A DNA stretch of 57,173 nt from Bacteroidales bacterium (GCA_046546095.1 JBKGYK010000005.1:1-57173); one strand, 5' to 3'; positions 9,578 through 20,406 are shown, numbered from the stretch's first letter. Notes: generated by a model not told the origin, from the sequence alone. Numbers and translations are program-made.

Positions 9578-10282
9578 ATGAAATTTGGTGTGTTAATTTT
9601 TCCGGGTTCCAATTGTGACCACGATATGATGTATGTGCTACGGGACAAGCTTGACCAGGACGTGGTGGAGCTTTGGCACAAAGACAATGATTTACAAAAT
9701 GTGGATGCGATTATGCTCCCGGGAGGATTTTCCTATGGAGATTATCTCCGCTCCGGTGCCATTGCAAGATACTCACCCCTGATGGAATCTGTGATTGAAT
9801 TTGCCAAAAACGGTGGTTTTGTTTTTGGCGTGTGCAACGGATTCCAGGTCCTTTGTGAGGCAGGTCTGCTACCTGGTGCGCTGCTACACAACAGCAATCA
9901 GAAATTTGTCTGCAAAAACCAGTATCTGCGTGCTGAACATCCACATACCCCTCTTACCGAGTTTGTTCCCGAGAGTAAGGTGTTACAGATTCCAATCGCT
10001 CATGGTGAAGGACGGTATTATGCATCTGATGAAGTTTTGTCAGATATGGTTCAAAACAAACAAATCATTTGGCGATACTGTAATTCTGCGGGACAACTAA
10101 CCGAAGAAAGCAATCCCAATGGCTCGGTAATGAACATTGCAGGGGTATGCAATAAAGAACGAAATGTTTTTGGTATGATGCCTCACCCGGAAAGAGCAGC
10201 TGACCAGGAGCTTGGCAATTCCGACGGATTGCTGATTATGCGTTCTGTCCTTCATTATCTTGAGAACCGGAAGAATGCATAA
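9578..10282 (+). CDS. purQ: Phosphoribosylformylglycinamidine synthase subunit PurQ
   Basis: FPGSNCD, PGGFSYGDYLRSG, GVCNGFQ, AHGEG, GMMPHPER; TAACTTTG box at 9546-9553. Confidence 0.97.
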   Translation: MKFGVLIFPGSNCDHDMMYVLRDKLDQDVVELWHKDNDLQNVDAIMLPGGFSYGDYLRSGAIARYSPLMESVIEFAKNGGFVFGVCNGFQVLCEAGLLPGALLHNSNQKFVCKNQYLRAEHPHTPLTEFVPESKVLQIPIAHGEGRYYASDEVLSDMVQNKQIIWRYCNSAGQLTEESNPNGSVMNIAGVCNKERNVFGMMPHPERAADQELGNSDGLLIMRSVLHYLENRKNA

Positions 10283-11339
10283 GCTCTGTCTGTATTCTGA
10301 TGGCTTCTTTATGAATCCACTGAAGCAGTTTGAGAATAAAAGATTTGGAAAGCCCGTTTTGCTCCGCGTAGTGAAGACGGGTTTTTAATATGCTATTCCA
10401 TCTCTGTATCTGCAGAATACTTACGTTCATTTCCTGTTTGCAGCTAGCGATGTTTTTCACGAGATCCTGACGCTGGGAGAGGAGGTCCAGCAATTGAAAG
10501 TCCAGTTGGTCAATTTCATCACGGTATTTATCAATTCTTTTACGGTAAGCTGTATCGCGGAAACTTCCTTTTCTTATTTCCAGCCTGGCAAGCATTGATT
10601 CCAGGGCTGAAGGAGTAATCTGCTGATGCTTATCTGTCAGTGCACAGGCCGGATCATGATGAACTTCAATCATCAAACCCTGCATGTTGATATTCATTGC
10701 TTGTTGGGCAATGGCAGCCACATGGCTGGTCTTCCCGGCAATGTGACTGGGATCGCAAAATACAGGCAGATTCTCATGTCGCCTCTGCAGTTCAATGGGT
10801 ATCTCCCAGAGTGGAAGGTTGCGATAAGCTGTTTTTTCAAATGGATAAAACCCACGGTGAACAGCCGCAATGTCTTTTATACCCGCTTCCCGGAATCGCT
10901 GTATGGCACCACACCATAAGTCAATGTCTGGATGCAGGGGGTTTTTGACAAGCAATTTCACATCCACACCTCTCAAAATATCAGACAGTGCCTGAACATA
11001 TAATGGATTGCCTGTGGTGCGGGCGCCAATCCACAATACATCAACATCAGCTTTCAGTGCCTTTTCTGCATGCCCGGGAGTGGCTACTTCTGCAGCTGTA
11101 AGCAAGCCGGTTTCTTGTTTTACATGTTTGAGCCATTCCAGGGCATGGTCTCCGTATCCTTCAAATTCGCCGGGCCTGGTGCGTGGTTTCCACACACCGG
11201 CTCTGAAAACATCCGTGTTTCCCCCTTTTGCAAGTGCTTTGGCTGTGTCCAGCATTTGCTTTTCACTTTCTGCGCTGCACGGGCCTGCAATGATATATGG
11301 TCTGGCTTTATTGTGAAAAAAACCGTCTTTCAATGTCAT
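10236..11339 (-). CDS. Bifunctional DAHP synthase / chorismate mutase type II
   Basis: [37 protein letters not shown]; C-terminal RDEIDQLD chorismate mutase domain. Confidence 0.92.
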   Translation of the reverse strand: MTLKDGFFHNKARPYIIAGPCSAESEKQMLDTAKALAKGGNTDVFRAGVWKPRTRPGEFEGYGDHALEWLKHVKQETGLLTAAEVATPGHAEKALKADVDVLWIGARTTGNPLYVQALSDILRGVDVKLLVKNPLHPDIDLWCGAIQRFREAGIKDIAAVHRGFYPFEKTAYRNLPLWEIPIELQRRHENLPVFCDPSHIAGKTSHVAAIAQQAMNINMQGLMIEVHHDPACALTDKHQQITPSALESMLARLEIRKGSFRDTAYRKRIDKYRDEIDQLDFQLLDLLSQRQDLVKNIASCKQEMNVSILQIQRWNSILKTRLHYAEQNGLSKSFILKLLQWIHKEAIRIQTELMHSSGSQDNEGQNA

Positions 11340-11468
11340 AACAAACTTACATTTTATGCAAAGTACGCTTTTTTCAGAATAATTGTACAGAAAAAAAGCA
11401 AAAAACTATCTTTCAGAAGTAATCAAAAACCATTAACTTTATCCCGAAATAACAAAACCCGATTCGGT

Positions 11469-12488
11469 ATGCCATCAAGAATACAAACATTAAATGAAGT
11501 AATCATTCAAAAACAATCAGCTTTTCCTTATGCCAAGGGTGAGCTCAGCAGGTTGTTAAGTCACATAGGTCTTGCTGCCAAAATTGTCAATAAAAAGGTG
11601 AATAAGGCAGGCCTGGTTAATATTCTTGGAGAGAATTCCAATGTAAATGTGCAGGGAGAGCAACAGAAAAAGCTGGATGTGTTTGCTAATGATGCCTTTA
11701 TCAGTACAATGCGTGCCAGTGGCATTTGTTGTGGCATTGCTTCTGAAGAAAATGATGAAATGGTGATTTTTGATGATGATCTGTCACTGGATGGAAAATA
11801 TGTTGTTTGTATGGACCCGCTTGACGGATCCTCCAACATAGATGTGAATGTTTCAATTGGCACGATTTTCTCAATATACCGGAGGGTGAGCAAAAGAGGG
11901 GAAAAAGCTACCATAGAGGATTTCCTTCAAGCAGGAAATAAGCAGGTGGCTGCAGGATATATACTCTACGGGTCTTCTACCATGCTGGTATACACCACAG
12001 GCCTGGGAACAACAGGTTTTACGCTGGATAACAGCATCGGCGAGTTTTGTCTCTCCCATCCCTACCTGGTTACACCCAAACAGGGCAAAATTTATTCTGT
12101 AAACCAGGGGAATTTTGTGAAGTTTCCACAGGGCACAAAAGAGTATATCAAATACTGCCAGGAAAGAGATGATGCCTCAGGTCGTCCATATACCATGCGG
12201 TACATAGGTTCTTTGGTTGCAGACTTTCACCGGAATCTGCTGAAAGGAGGAATATTTATTTACCCGAAAACAGCTTCAGCACCTGCCGGAAAATTGCGTT
12301 TACTATATGAGTGTAATCCAATGGCATTCCTTGCAGAACAGGCAGGCGGCCTGGCAACAGACGGTATGGGAAATCGCATACTGGATATTCAGCCGCATGA
12401 TATTCACCAGCGTGTGCCATTTTACACGGGTTCAAAAAGTATGGTGGAGAAAGCTGAAGACTTTATGCGTGCGGAGGAAGGTGAATAA
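11469..12488 (+). CDS. fbp: Fructose-1,6-bisphosphatase class 1
   Basis: Start moved to MPSRIQTL; [41 protein letters not shown]. Confidence 0.96.
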   Translation: MPSRIQTLNEVIIQKQSAFPYAKGELSRLLSHIGLAAKIVNKKVNKAGLVNILGENSNVNVQGEQQKKLDVFANDAFISTMRASGICCGIASEENDEMVIFDDDLSLDGKYVVCMDPLDGSSNIDVNVSIGTIFSIYRRVSKRGEKATIEDFLQAGNKQVAAGYILYGSSTMLVYTTGLGTTGFTLDNSIGEFCLSHPYLVTPKQGKIYSVNQGNFVKFPQGTKEYIKYCQERDDASGRPYTMRYIGSLVADFHRNLLKGGIFIYPKTASAPAGKLRLLYECNPMAFLAEQAGGLATDGMGNRILDIQPHDIHQRVPFYTGSKSMVEKAEDFMRAEEGE

Positions 12489-12509
12489 AATTTTACATCT
12501 TTTTTTTTA

Positions 12510-12534
12510 TTTGTCAATCAAAAGCTTATCTTTG
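12510..12534 (+). promoter_or_regulatory. Bacteroidota housekeeping promoter of rpsP-rimM
   Basis: TATCTTTG at 12527-12534, with an upstream TTTG at 12510-12513. Confidence 0.7.
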
Positions 12535-12577
12535 CAGCCCTGTTAAAATTTAGTATTCATTTAATTAAAAAGAATTT

Positions 12578-13210
12578 ATGCCGGTAAAGATAAGATTATC
12601 AAGGCATGGTAGAAAGAGAATTCCTTTCTATCATATCGTAGTTGCAGATAGCAGGACGCCACGAGATGGTAAAAACATTGAGAGAATTGGAACATTCAAT
12701 CCCTCAAGCCAACCTGCTACAGTTGAACTGGATTTCGACAAAGCCCTTTCCTGGGTACAGAAGGGCGCACAGCCATCTGATACTTGTCGCTCCATTTTAT
12801 CTGAAAAAGGCGTTATGATGAAAAAACACCTGCTCGACGGTGTCAGAAAAGGTGCTTTTGATGAAGCTGAGGCTGAACGTCGCTTTGAAGCCTGGATGAA
12901 AGACAAACAACTGAGGAAAAAAGCTGAAGTTGACAAACTTCTTGAAGCCAAAGATGCTGCTGTAAATGAGCGTCTCGAAGCTGAGAAGAAAGTCAGGGAA
13001 ACCAAAGAAGCTGCCATCAAAGAGCAACTTGAAAAAGAACTGGAAGCTAAGAGAAAAGCAGCGGAAGAAGCGAAAGCCGAAGCTGAAGCTGAAAAAGCCG
13101 AAGCCGAAGAAGCGACTGAAGAACCCAAAGCTGAAGCCGAGGAACCTGCAAAAGAGGAACCTAAAGCAGAAGAAAAAGCTGCCGGTGAAGAGAAAAAAGA
13201 AGACAAATAA
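12578..13210 (+). CDS. rpsP: 30S ribosomal protein S16 with long acidic/Ala-rich C-terminal tail
   Basis: [29 protein letters not shown]...GAQPSDT. Confidence 0.97.
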   Translation: MPVKIRLSRHGRKRIPFYHIVVADSRTPRDGKNIERIGTFNPSSQPATVELDFDKALSWVQKGAQPSDTCRSILSEKGVMMKKHLLDGVRKGAFDEAEAERRFEAWMKDKQLRKKAEVDKLLEAKDAAVNERLEAEKKVRETKEAAIKEQLEKELEAKRKAAEEAKAEAEAEKAEAEEATEEPKAEAEEPAKEEPKAEEKAAGEEKKEDK

Positions 13211-13221
13211 GATTGACATCA

Positions 13222-13746
13222 ATGCTCATTGCAGCCGATTTTGTGCGGATAGGTTCAGTGAAGAAAGCTTTTGGCTACAATGGAGCAATGATGTTGAGTC
13301 TTGAAAAAAAAGTGGCATACCACTTTTTAAACAAAAAGGAAGCAGTATTTCTCCAATTGGAGGGTAGCCTGGTTCCTTTTTTTATAGATGATATCAAAGG
13401 GAATGAAATTAATCCTGTGATTCATTTTGACAATATCCACAACAAAGAAACAGCATCCCGCTTCATTGGTGTGCCGTGTTTTATGCCCGGTGAATATTTT
13501 GAGCAAAACCAGGGTGTCAGTGATCCCGATACGCTGGAAGGATTTACACTTTTTGATAAAACCTCCGGAATGACAGGCATCATTCTTGATTACAGTGAAC
13601 AAAATAACAACCCCTTATTCGAAGTGGATTTTGACGGAATGATTGTCAGTCTGCCTGCACATCCCGATATGATTACAGATTTTGATTCTGAAGAAAAAAT
13701 TATTTATGCAGAATACCCCGAAGGCCTGATTTCAGAGTCTAGATAG
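13222..13746 (+). CDS. rimM: Ribosome maturation factor RimM
   Basis: IGSVKKAFGYNG, LVPFFI, C-terminal PEGLI; lies directly after rpsP. Confidence 0.88.
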   Translation: MLIAADFVRIGSVKKAFGYNGAMMLSLEKKVAYHFLNKKEAVFLQLEGSLVPFFIDDIKGNEINPVIHFDNIHNKETASRFIGVPCFMPGEYFEQNQGVSDPDTLEGFTLFDKTSGMTGIILDYSEQNNNPLFEVDFDGMIVSLPAHPDMITDFDSEEKIIYAEYPEGLISESR

Positions 13747-15640
13747 CATCATCATTTGTTTCCTTTGTTGTGTCTATGGCCTCATAGATTGAATTCTGGC
13801 TGATGAATTCAGGGAGGATGGATTTCATTTCCCTGACAATATCCATGTCTGAAGTTGTAAAAGGCATGCTTATCAGCTTTTCAATTTTTTTACGGATATA
13901 GTCAAATTCATATTTTCTCACCTTTGCGATCATGATTTGTTTGTGATAGGTGGGTTTGGTATTCTCCCTGGTAGCCAGCAGCTCTTCATAAAGTTTTTCA
14001 CCGGGTCGCAAGCCTGTAAAAGAGATTTGTATATCTGTGCCAAGCTTCAATCCTGATAATTTGATCATCCGCTTTGCCAGATTGATGATTTTTACACTTT
14101 TACCCATATCGAAAATGAATATTTCACCTCCTTCACCCATGGAGCCTGCTTCCAAAACCAGCTGACAGGCTTCAGGAATGGTCATGAAATACCGTGTAAC
14201 ATCCGGATGCGTAATGGTAACAGGGCCTCCGTTTTCAATCTGCTTCTGAAATCTGGGTATCACAGAACCATTGCTGCCCAGCACATTGCCAAACCGGGTT
14301 GTGATAAATAATGTGTCTGATTGTGTCCGGTTCAGGGCCTGTGTGTATATCTCAGCAATTCGCTTGCTGGCTCCCATCACATTGGTTGGATTTACTGCCT
14401 TGTCTGTAGATATCATCACAAAGCGCTTTACCTTGTATTCTACAGCAGTATCTGCTACGAGCATGCTTCCTAACACATTTGTGCGTACAGCTTCACTGGG
14501 ATTGTGTTCCATCATGGGAACATGCTTGTATGCTGCGGCATGATACACAAAATCCGGATGAAAATCCTGAAAAACTTCTTCAATTTGCTTTTTATTGGTC
14601 ACATCACCAATGATGGTTTTGTACTGATTCCAGTGTAACTGCTCACACAGCTCCAGTTCCAGATCGTACAGGGGGCTTTCAGCCTGATCAAACAATAGTA
14701 TCAGCCTGGGTTTATAGCGTGTTACCTGCCTGACAATTTCACTTCCTATGCTGCCGGCAGCACCAGTGACCAGGATGGTTTTGTTGATTAACTGGGATTT
14801 GATCCGCTTGGTGTCCAGTTCAATGGGCGGGCGCTCAAGCAAATCATTGATTTTTATCTGCTTTATCTGTCTGAATGTCAGTTCTCCGTTTATCCAGTGT
14901 TTGACATCCGGTATGGTGAGTGTTTTGACATTTTTGTCAAGACAGATATCCACTACCTCCTGCTTGTGTTCCAGTGGTAATTCTTTACTGGTGATAATCA
15001 GCGTTTCCACCTGTTGCCTGTCAATAAGCGCCGGTAAGTCTTTAATGCCGTACACCATAATGCCTTCGATTTTGTTGCCGATTACCTCATCATTATGATC
15101 AATGAAACCAATAACATTGTTTTTTGACCCCATATCACGGTCAATGGTACGCTTGGTAATCAGGCTCAATTCATCTGTTCCTAAAATAACTACATTATTT
15201 CTTTCTTTGCGGGGATAGCTGAGTTCCAAAAAGATTGTTTTGATAATCAGTCTGAAAAATATCATGATGAGTGTGGTTAAAACAAAGTCGATGATAACCA
15301 CAGAGGTGGGAATAATGTAATTATCCAGAAACTGGAATGCAACAAGATTTATCAATATCAGCAGTGCGCTGCCCGAAGCAAGTACGATGAAAATCCGCTG
15401 TACATCTTTTGTGCTGGTGTATCTTACCAGGCCAATGTAAGTTTTTGAGATGGCAAAACTGACTGCCCGGATGAATAAAACCAGGGGTACAATGATGGTA
15501 AGGGCATCAATGTTTGATTCCGGTACGTCGAAATTGAATCGTAAATAATAAGCAAAGATGATTGAGAACAGACATATCAACAAGTCTATTGAAAAGATTA
15601 CCCATCTGGGTGTTACCGATCGGAGAAAATGGATATTCAT
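13739..15640 (-). CDS. Membrane-anchored nucleoside-diphosphate sugar 4,6-dehydratase (CapD/PglF-like polysaccharide biosynthesis protein)
   Basis: About 4 N-terminal TM segments; VTGAAGSIGSE, HAAAYKHVP, STDKAVNPTNVMGASK, RFGNVLGSNGSV, GLRPGEKLYEEL. Confidence 0.94.
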   Translation of the reverse strand: MNIHFLRSVTPRWVIFSIDLLICLFSIIFAYYLRFNFDVPESNIDALTIIVPLVLFIRAVSFAISKTYIGLVRYTSTKDVQRIFIVLASGSALLILINLVAFQFLDNYIIPTSVVIIDFVLTTLIMIFFRLIIKTIFLELSYPRKERNNVVILGTDELSLITKRTIDRDMGSKNNVIGFIDHNDEVIGNKIEGIMVYGIKDLPALIDRQQVETLIITSKELPLEHKQEVVDICLDKNVKTLTIPDVKHWINGELTFRQIKQIKINDLLERPPIELDTKRIKSQLINKTILVTGAAGSIGSEIVRQVTRYKPRLILLFDQAESPLYDLELELCEQLHWNQYKTIIGDVTNKKQIEEVFQDFHPDFVYHAAAYKHVPMMEHNPSEAVRTNVLGSMLVADTAVEYKVKRFVMISTDKAVNPTNVMGASKRIAEIYTQALNRTQSDTLFITTRFGNVLGSNGSVIPRFQKQIENGGPVTITHPDVTRYFMTIPEACQLVLEAGSMGEGGEIFIFDMGKSVKIINLAKRMIKLSGLKLGTDIQISFTGLRPGEKLYEELLATRENTKPTYHKQIMIAKVRKYEFDYIRKKIEKLISMPFTTSDMDIVREMKSILPEFISQNSIYEAIDTTKETNDDAI

Positions 15641-15685
15641 AGCTTAAAAATACAAATAAAAGATTAAATCACAGATGGTTTGCGA

Positions 15686-16249
15686 TTATTTCCTGATGAT
15701 GTCAATTTCACCCTGATTGCTGATGCGGATAATGGATGAAGCCTTTTTGCGCCTTGTTTCTTTTTGTCCGAACCTGACAACATAATCAGCCATCCCGATA
15801 AGATCATCGTCTATCTCTTTGAAACTTAGCGGTGTGTCCTGGCCTGAAAAGTTTGCGGAAGTAGATACGACAGGTTTTTTGAAACGACGTATAAGTTCAC
15901 TGGTGAATTTATTCTTACTCACTCTGATTGCGATGCTTCCGTCACTGGCGATCAGGTTCAGGGGCAGGTTTTTGGCTTTCTCAAACACCACAGTAAGTGG
16001 CTCCGTGCTTAGTTCTATCATATCCAGTGCTACCTCAGGTGGTTTTTCCACATAAGAGAATACCTGATTGATATTCTCCAGAAGAATCAGCATGGATTTG
16101 GACTTATCTCTTTGTTTTATTTTGTAAATCTTTTCCACAGCATCTGGGTTTGTGGCATCGCAGCCCAGTCCCCAAACCGTGTCGGTAGGATAGATTATTA
16201 TGCCTCCCTGATGAAGGGCCTCAAGGCATTTGTTGATGTCTTCTTTCAT
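15686..16249 (-). CDS. tsaC: L-threonylcarbamoyladenylate synthase (Sua5/YrdC)
   Basis: YPTDTVWGLGCD, KQRD, STSANFSG. Confidence 0.93.
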   Translation of the reverse strand: MKEDINKCLEALHQGGIIIYPTDTVWGLGCDATNPDAVEKIYKIKQRDKSKSMLILLENINQVFSYVEKPPEVALDMIELSTEPLTVVFEKAKNLPLNLIASDGSIAIRVSKNKFTSELIRRFKKPVVSTSANFSGQDTPLSFKEIDDDLIGMADYVVRFGQKETRRKKASSIIRISNQGEIDIIRK

Positions 16250-16254
16250 AAGTC

Positions 16255-17376
16255 TTACAACAATGATTTGTATAAATTCATTAGTTTTTCTGAAATTTTA
16301 TCCTGCCTGAAGCGCGCTGCATGTTCTTTGCCTGCTTCTACCATTTTCAGGGCTGTTTCCTTGTCATTCAGAATTTTTCTGATTCCTTCTCCGATTTCTT
16401 CAGGATGGTTTGGGTTGACATACATGGCAGCATCACCACCTGCTTCCATGAAACAGCCGAATTTGTTTGTTATTACAGGTGTTCCGGAATTCAGAGCCTC
16501 AAGAATGGGAATGCCAAAGCCTTCAAATATTGAGGGATAAACAAACAGGCTGGATGCCTGGTAAAGGGCCGGCAAGTCACTATTGGGAACATCATGCAAA
16601 AAATGAACCTGATTTTCCATCTTTTCCTGTTTTAGAAAATGTTGTAGCTCCCTGATATAAGCAGTGGATTTACCAACAAATACAAGTGGGAAGTCAATTT
16701 TCTCCATTTTTATGCCTTCCAGTATTTGTAAAGCATTTTTGCGTTTTTCCAGAGTGCCTACCGAAAAGATAAAATTACGGGGAATTCCATATTTATCGCA
16801 AATGGCCTGTTTTTTTTCCTCGCTTACCTGTTCATAAAATATCGGGTTGCAACCCTGATAAATCACTTCAATATTTTCTTCCCTTGTATGGAAAAATGAA
16901 ATAATGTCTTCTTTGGTTTGTTCGGACATGGCAATGATTTTATCGGCAGCCAGACTGGCTTCAAAAAATTTTTGCTGATAAATTTCCCTGTCAACAGATT
17001 TGTAAAGCTCAGGGTAGCGCATGAAAATAAGATCATGAATACTCACTACGCTACGGGCATTGGAATGGATGATATCTGCAGGCAGCTCGTTGCTCAGACC
17101 ATGGTATATATCAATCTTGTGTTTGTTGATTTTATTGCCCAGGCTGATGCTTCGCCAGTAGGCCTGGTATAACCTGTTCATGGAGCCTGGCTTGACAAGG
17201 TGTATGTTCCCCTTGTCTTCGGGCAGAAAATCTATGGGATTCTTTTTTCGCGGAGTATATAGATAATACTCATTGCCGGGATAGTAGTGCTGCAGGGATA
17301 GTATGGTGTCTCTGCTGTAATTTCCAAGCCCGCTTTTATTATAAAATGCTCTTTTTGCATCAAATCCAATCCGCAT
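16255..17376 (-). CDS. Glycosyltransferase family 4
   Basis: MRIGFDAKRAF..GLGNYSR; VGTLEKRKN; YPSIFEGFGIPILEA. Confidence 0.92.
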   Translation of the reverse strand: MRIGFDAKRAFYNKSGLGNYSRDTILSLQHYYPGNEYYLYTPRKKNPIDFLPEDKGNIHLVKPGSMNRLYQAYWRSISLGNKINKHKIDIYHGLSNELPADIIHSNARSVVSIHDLIFMRYPELYKSVDREIYQQKFFEASLAADKIIAMSEQTKEDIISFFHTREENIEVIYQGCNPIFYEQVSEEKKQAICDKYGIPRNFIFSVGTLEKRKNALQILEGIKMEKIDFPLVFVGKSTAYIRELQHFLKQEKMENQVHFLHDVPNSDLPALYQASSLFVYPSIFEGFGIPILEALNSGTPVITNKFGCFMEAGGDAAMYVNPNHPEEIGEGIRKILNDKETALKMVEAGKEHAARFRQDKISEKLMNLYKSLL

Positions 17377-17561
17377 CGTAATTCTTTTATTATTATGGGT
17401 TGTCACTCATATTGACTTTACCCTGCATATTTTAAGCCAAAAATTTACACTGTAGCAGCTTGCCGCGCAAGCCGGACATTTATGTTTCAAAGATAAGGAA
17501 AAAACATGATCTCATCTTTACTAAGTGCAGTGGGAGACAAGGAGCAATAAGTAGCTAAGAA

Positions 17562-18161
17562 TCAGGTAAGAGGAATGCTTGGTGAGCTGTGGCTTGCATC
17601 TATCAACTCACGATATTTATAAAAAACTTTTTTAAAATCTTCCCAGACTTCTTTTTTTAAAGTGGGATTGTGCAAAAGGGCAGCAGGATGATAGGTTGGC
17701 ATCACATGGCGATTATTCCATTCCAGCCAGTTGCCTCTTAGTTCTGAGATTTTTCCATTAGAATCTATCATTCCTTTCAGGGCTGTGCTGCCAAGCAGAA
17801 CCAGTATGGGTGGATCAATCATTTCAATTTGCTGATACAGCCAGGGAAGGCAGGTGTTCATTTCACCGGGTTCAGGATTCCTGTTTTCGGGAGGACGGCA
17901 TTTTACAATATTGCCAATAAAAACATGCTTTTCCCGTGTAAAGTTGCAGGCAGAAAGAATCTTATCAAGTAGCTGACCGGAGCGCCCGACAAAAGGCAGA
18001 CCTTGCTTGTCCTCTTCAGCTCCTGGTCCTTCACCGATAATAAAAATTCCGGCATTCGTTGAACCCTGTCCAAATACAGCATTTTGACGACTCTCAGACA
18101 ATGAACATTTGGTGCATTCCAGTACCTGCATTTCCAATTCAGCCCATTCAAATATATCCAT
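17562..18161 (-). CDS. Uracil-DNA glycosylase family 4 (4Fe-4S)
   Basis: CTKCSL, IGEGPG..ED..G.PFVGRSG, NIVKCRPP.NR.P, TYHPAALL; start uncertain (18161 or 18206). Confidence 0.93.
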   Translation of the reverse strand: MDIFEWAELEMQVLECTKCSLSESRQNAVFGQGSTNAGIFIIGEGPGAEEDKQGLPFVGRSGQLLDKILSACNFTREKHVFIGNIVKCRPPENRNPEPGEMNTCLPWLYQQIEMIDPPILVLLGSTALKGMIDSNGKISELRGNWLEWNNRHVMPTYHPAALLHNPTLKKEVWEDFKKVFYKYRELIDASHSSPSIPLT

Positions 18162-18237
18162 AACAGACAAATTGTTTGTATCAAATTTAATAAACGATTC
18201 GTACAATCCATAGAAATTTCGTTCTTTTGTTCAATCA

Positions 18238-18264
18238 TGCAACCAATTAGGAAGATATTATCTC
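18238..18264 (+). promoter_or_regulatory. Candidate ECF-type promoter upstream of the ECF sigma gene
   Basis: TGCAACC-N16-TCTC resembles ECF -35 AAC / -10 TC elements and ends 18 nt before the ATG. Confidence 0.4.
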
Positions 18265-18282
18265 TTAATCACAGATGCCTGA

Positions 18283-18846
18283 ATGCAAAGTCTTGAAAAA
18301 ATAATTGAAGGCTGCAAAAAAATGCAGAGAAAGTCGCAAAAGGCTTTGTATGACATGTACGCACCTGTGCTGTATGCCATGGCGTTGAGGTACGCCGCAG
18401 ATGCATCTGAAGCCGAAGATATGTTGCAGGAGGCATTTATCAATATTTTTAAAAGTATTGATCAGTATCAGGGCAGTGGTTCTTTTGAAGGCTGGATGAA
18501 AAGGATATTAATTAATGCTGCTATTGGCTATATCAGGAAACATAAGAAGCAGCAGTTTGACAATTTTGATGATGTGCAGGAAATCAGAATGAAAAATTTT
18601 GATTTTTCTGAAGAGGACTTTAGCAGGCAAGAGCTGATAGATGTAATTAACGATTTGCCTGACGGGTTCAGGATGGTCTTTAACCTGTACGCCATCGAAG
18701 GTTTTAAACATAAAGAGATAGCTGATATGCTCGGAATACAAATCGGAACATCAAAGTCGCAGTACTCGCGGGCAAGAAATATTTTAAAAAGAAGACTGAC
18801 AGCAATGAAAGAAATCGCTGATAAAACATATGGCAGGGAAGCATAA
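18283..18846 (+). CDS. ECF RNA polymerase sigma-70 factor
   Basis: AEDMLQEAFI, GSFEGWMKRI, LPDGFRMVFNLYAIEGFKHKEIA..LGI..GTSKSQYSRAR. Confidence 0.95.
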   Translation: MQSLEKIIEGCKKMQRKSQKALYDMYAPVLYAMALRYAADASEAEDMLQEAFINIFKSIDQYQGSGSFEGWMKRILINAAIGYIRKHKKQQFDNFDDVQEIRMKNFDFSEEDFSRQELIDVINDLPDGFRMVFNLYAIEGFKHKEIADMLGIQIGTSKSQYSRARNILKRRLTAMKEIADKTYGREA

Positions 18847-20248
18847 ACATATTGAAGATTTTTTCAGGAACGGACTTGAAGGGCATACTGCCACACCGCC
18901 GAAATCCGGGTGGACAGGTATGCAGGAATCCCTGGATAATATCAGTGTTGAACACCTGACTCAATCACAACTGGGAAATGCCAGCATACAGCCCTCTGCC
19001 GGCCTGTGGACAAAAATTTCCAGTAAAATATTCTGGTATCAGTTTTTGCGCTTTAATCCCTTGCAGTTTAATATCTATTATGCCGGCGTAGCACTTATCG
19101 GAGGCGGTGCGGCTATTGTGGGCCTCAGTTTGTCAGATCCGGCTACTTCACCGGTGGATTTGTCAGGATATCCCGAAGCCCTGATTGATTTGGAGAGCAT
19201 GGAAGAAGCACCTGTACAGGACGCTGCCGGCATAAGCAGTGATGCTGAAACAGCCGACTTCATGGCCCTGCGTTCAGATGAGATTGTGGAGAATAAGAAA
19301 ACCATGGAAGGTAAATCAAAATCTCCGGGAAGGAATGCCCTGATCTCTGACTCTTCAGAAAAAGAAAACAAGAATGACAGGAAAACAAGGGAAGAATTTC
19401 CGGACAACAGAAAAGGAAGTACAGAAAAGCCAGCAAATAAGTATTCTGTTAAACATATGCCTGCCGGTTTAAGCTATTATCTTCCGTTCAATCTTACTGT
19501 TCACACTGCTGAATTTGGAAATCCTGCAAGAAGGGGCGATACAATCGCCATAGACCACATGGGTGATCCCATTGTTGATGATTTTAATTTTGTGGAACAA
19601 GGGTATTATGCAGGAGCTCTTATTCTTAAACAGGATTTTGTTTTTCTGAATGATGAAATTAAAGAAACCTACAAGCAGAATAAAAATGTGAGTGATTTTT
19701 CCTATCGTTTTGGCATCAGATTTAATATAGTGCGCAAGAATTTCATGATGCAGAGCGGTTTATATTTTTCCAGCGTGAACAATATATTTGAGCACAATCA
19801 GGAAATCGCTCTGGTAGAGGATAATATTGAAGGACGTGTTATATGGCCTTATCAAAGTGATACGGTATTTCAAAAAACCACCCATAAATACCACAACTCC
19901 TATACCTTTATTGAGTTGCCTGTACTGGCCGGCCTCCATTTTGAGGGTAAGCGTTTTGCTACCAATGTAAAAACCGGTCCTTTACTGAATTATCTGACCG
20001 GCGTAAATGCTGATCTTGTGCTGAATTCGGATAATCAGTTGAGGTCTGTTGACAAGTCCTATTTCAGGCGACCCGGCGTGCGCTGGGAGTTGAGTGCTGA
20101 TGTAATATACAAGCTGGGTGATCATCTGAGTTTTTACATTGAGCCCGCTTATGTATATGATGTGACTACTTTGTTTAAGCGCGATCTGGAACTTAGAAGC
20201 CGCTTTCACGGATTTAGTGTTGGTACAGGAATATATTACCGCTTTTAA
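18830..20248 (+). CDS. Putative anti-sigma factor: N-terminal cytoplasmic domain, TM helix, disordered linker, C-terminal outer-membrane beta-barrel
   Basis: Overlaps the sigma gene; TM YAGVALIGGGAAIVGL; charged linker; alternating beta strands (YTFIELPVLAG) ending in GIYYRF. Confidence 0.7.
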   Translation: MAGKHKHIEDFFRNGLEGHTATPPKSGWTGMQESLDNISVEHLTQSQLGNASIQPSAGLWTKISSKIFWYQFLRFNPLQFNIYYAGVALIGGGAAIVGLSLSDPATSPVDLSGYPEALIDLESMEEAPVQDAAGISSDAETADFMALRSDEIVENKKTMEGKSKSPGRNALISDSSEKENKNDRKTREEFPDNRKGSTEKPANKYSVKHMPAGLSYYLPFNLTVHTAEFGNPARRGDTIAIDHMGDPIVDDFNFVEQGYYAGALILKQDFVFLNDEIKETYKQNKNVSDFSYRFGIRFNIVRKNFMMQSGLYFSSVNNIFEHNQEIALVEDNIEGRVIWPYQSDTVFQKTTHKYHNSYTFIELPVLAGLHFEGKRFATNVKTGPLLNYLTGVNADLVLNSDNQLRSVDKSYFRRPGVRWELSADVIYKLGDHLSFYIEPAYVYDVTTLFKRDLELRSRFHGFSVGTGIYYRF

Positions 20249-20406
20249 ACCTTGTTGCTGCTTTTTTTCCTTTGGCTTCCTTTGATAAAATGCTGTGTAC
20301 TTTTTCCCGGTGCGTATGTTTGAAACAGCATAGTAGTTGGCAAAGTTACCGCTGGTTAGCCTGGTGGATAATGTGAGATGTTCTTATCTGCTTCAGTTTT
20401 GAGAAC

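Noticed and set aside
11070-11468. 133-aa N-terminal extension of fbp in the ORF track
   Set aside because: Overlaps the divergent DAHP synthase gene; FBPase similarity starts at ATG 11469
12631-13304. Overlapping ORFs and GAAGCT/GAAGCC micro-repeats in rpsP
   Set aside because: Explained by the Ala/Glu/Lys-rich S16 tail common in Bacteroidota; not a repeat array
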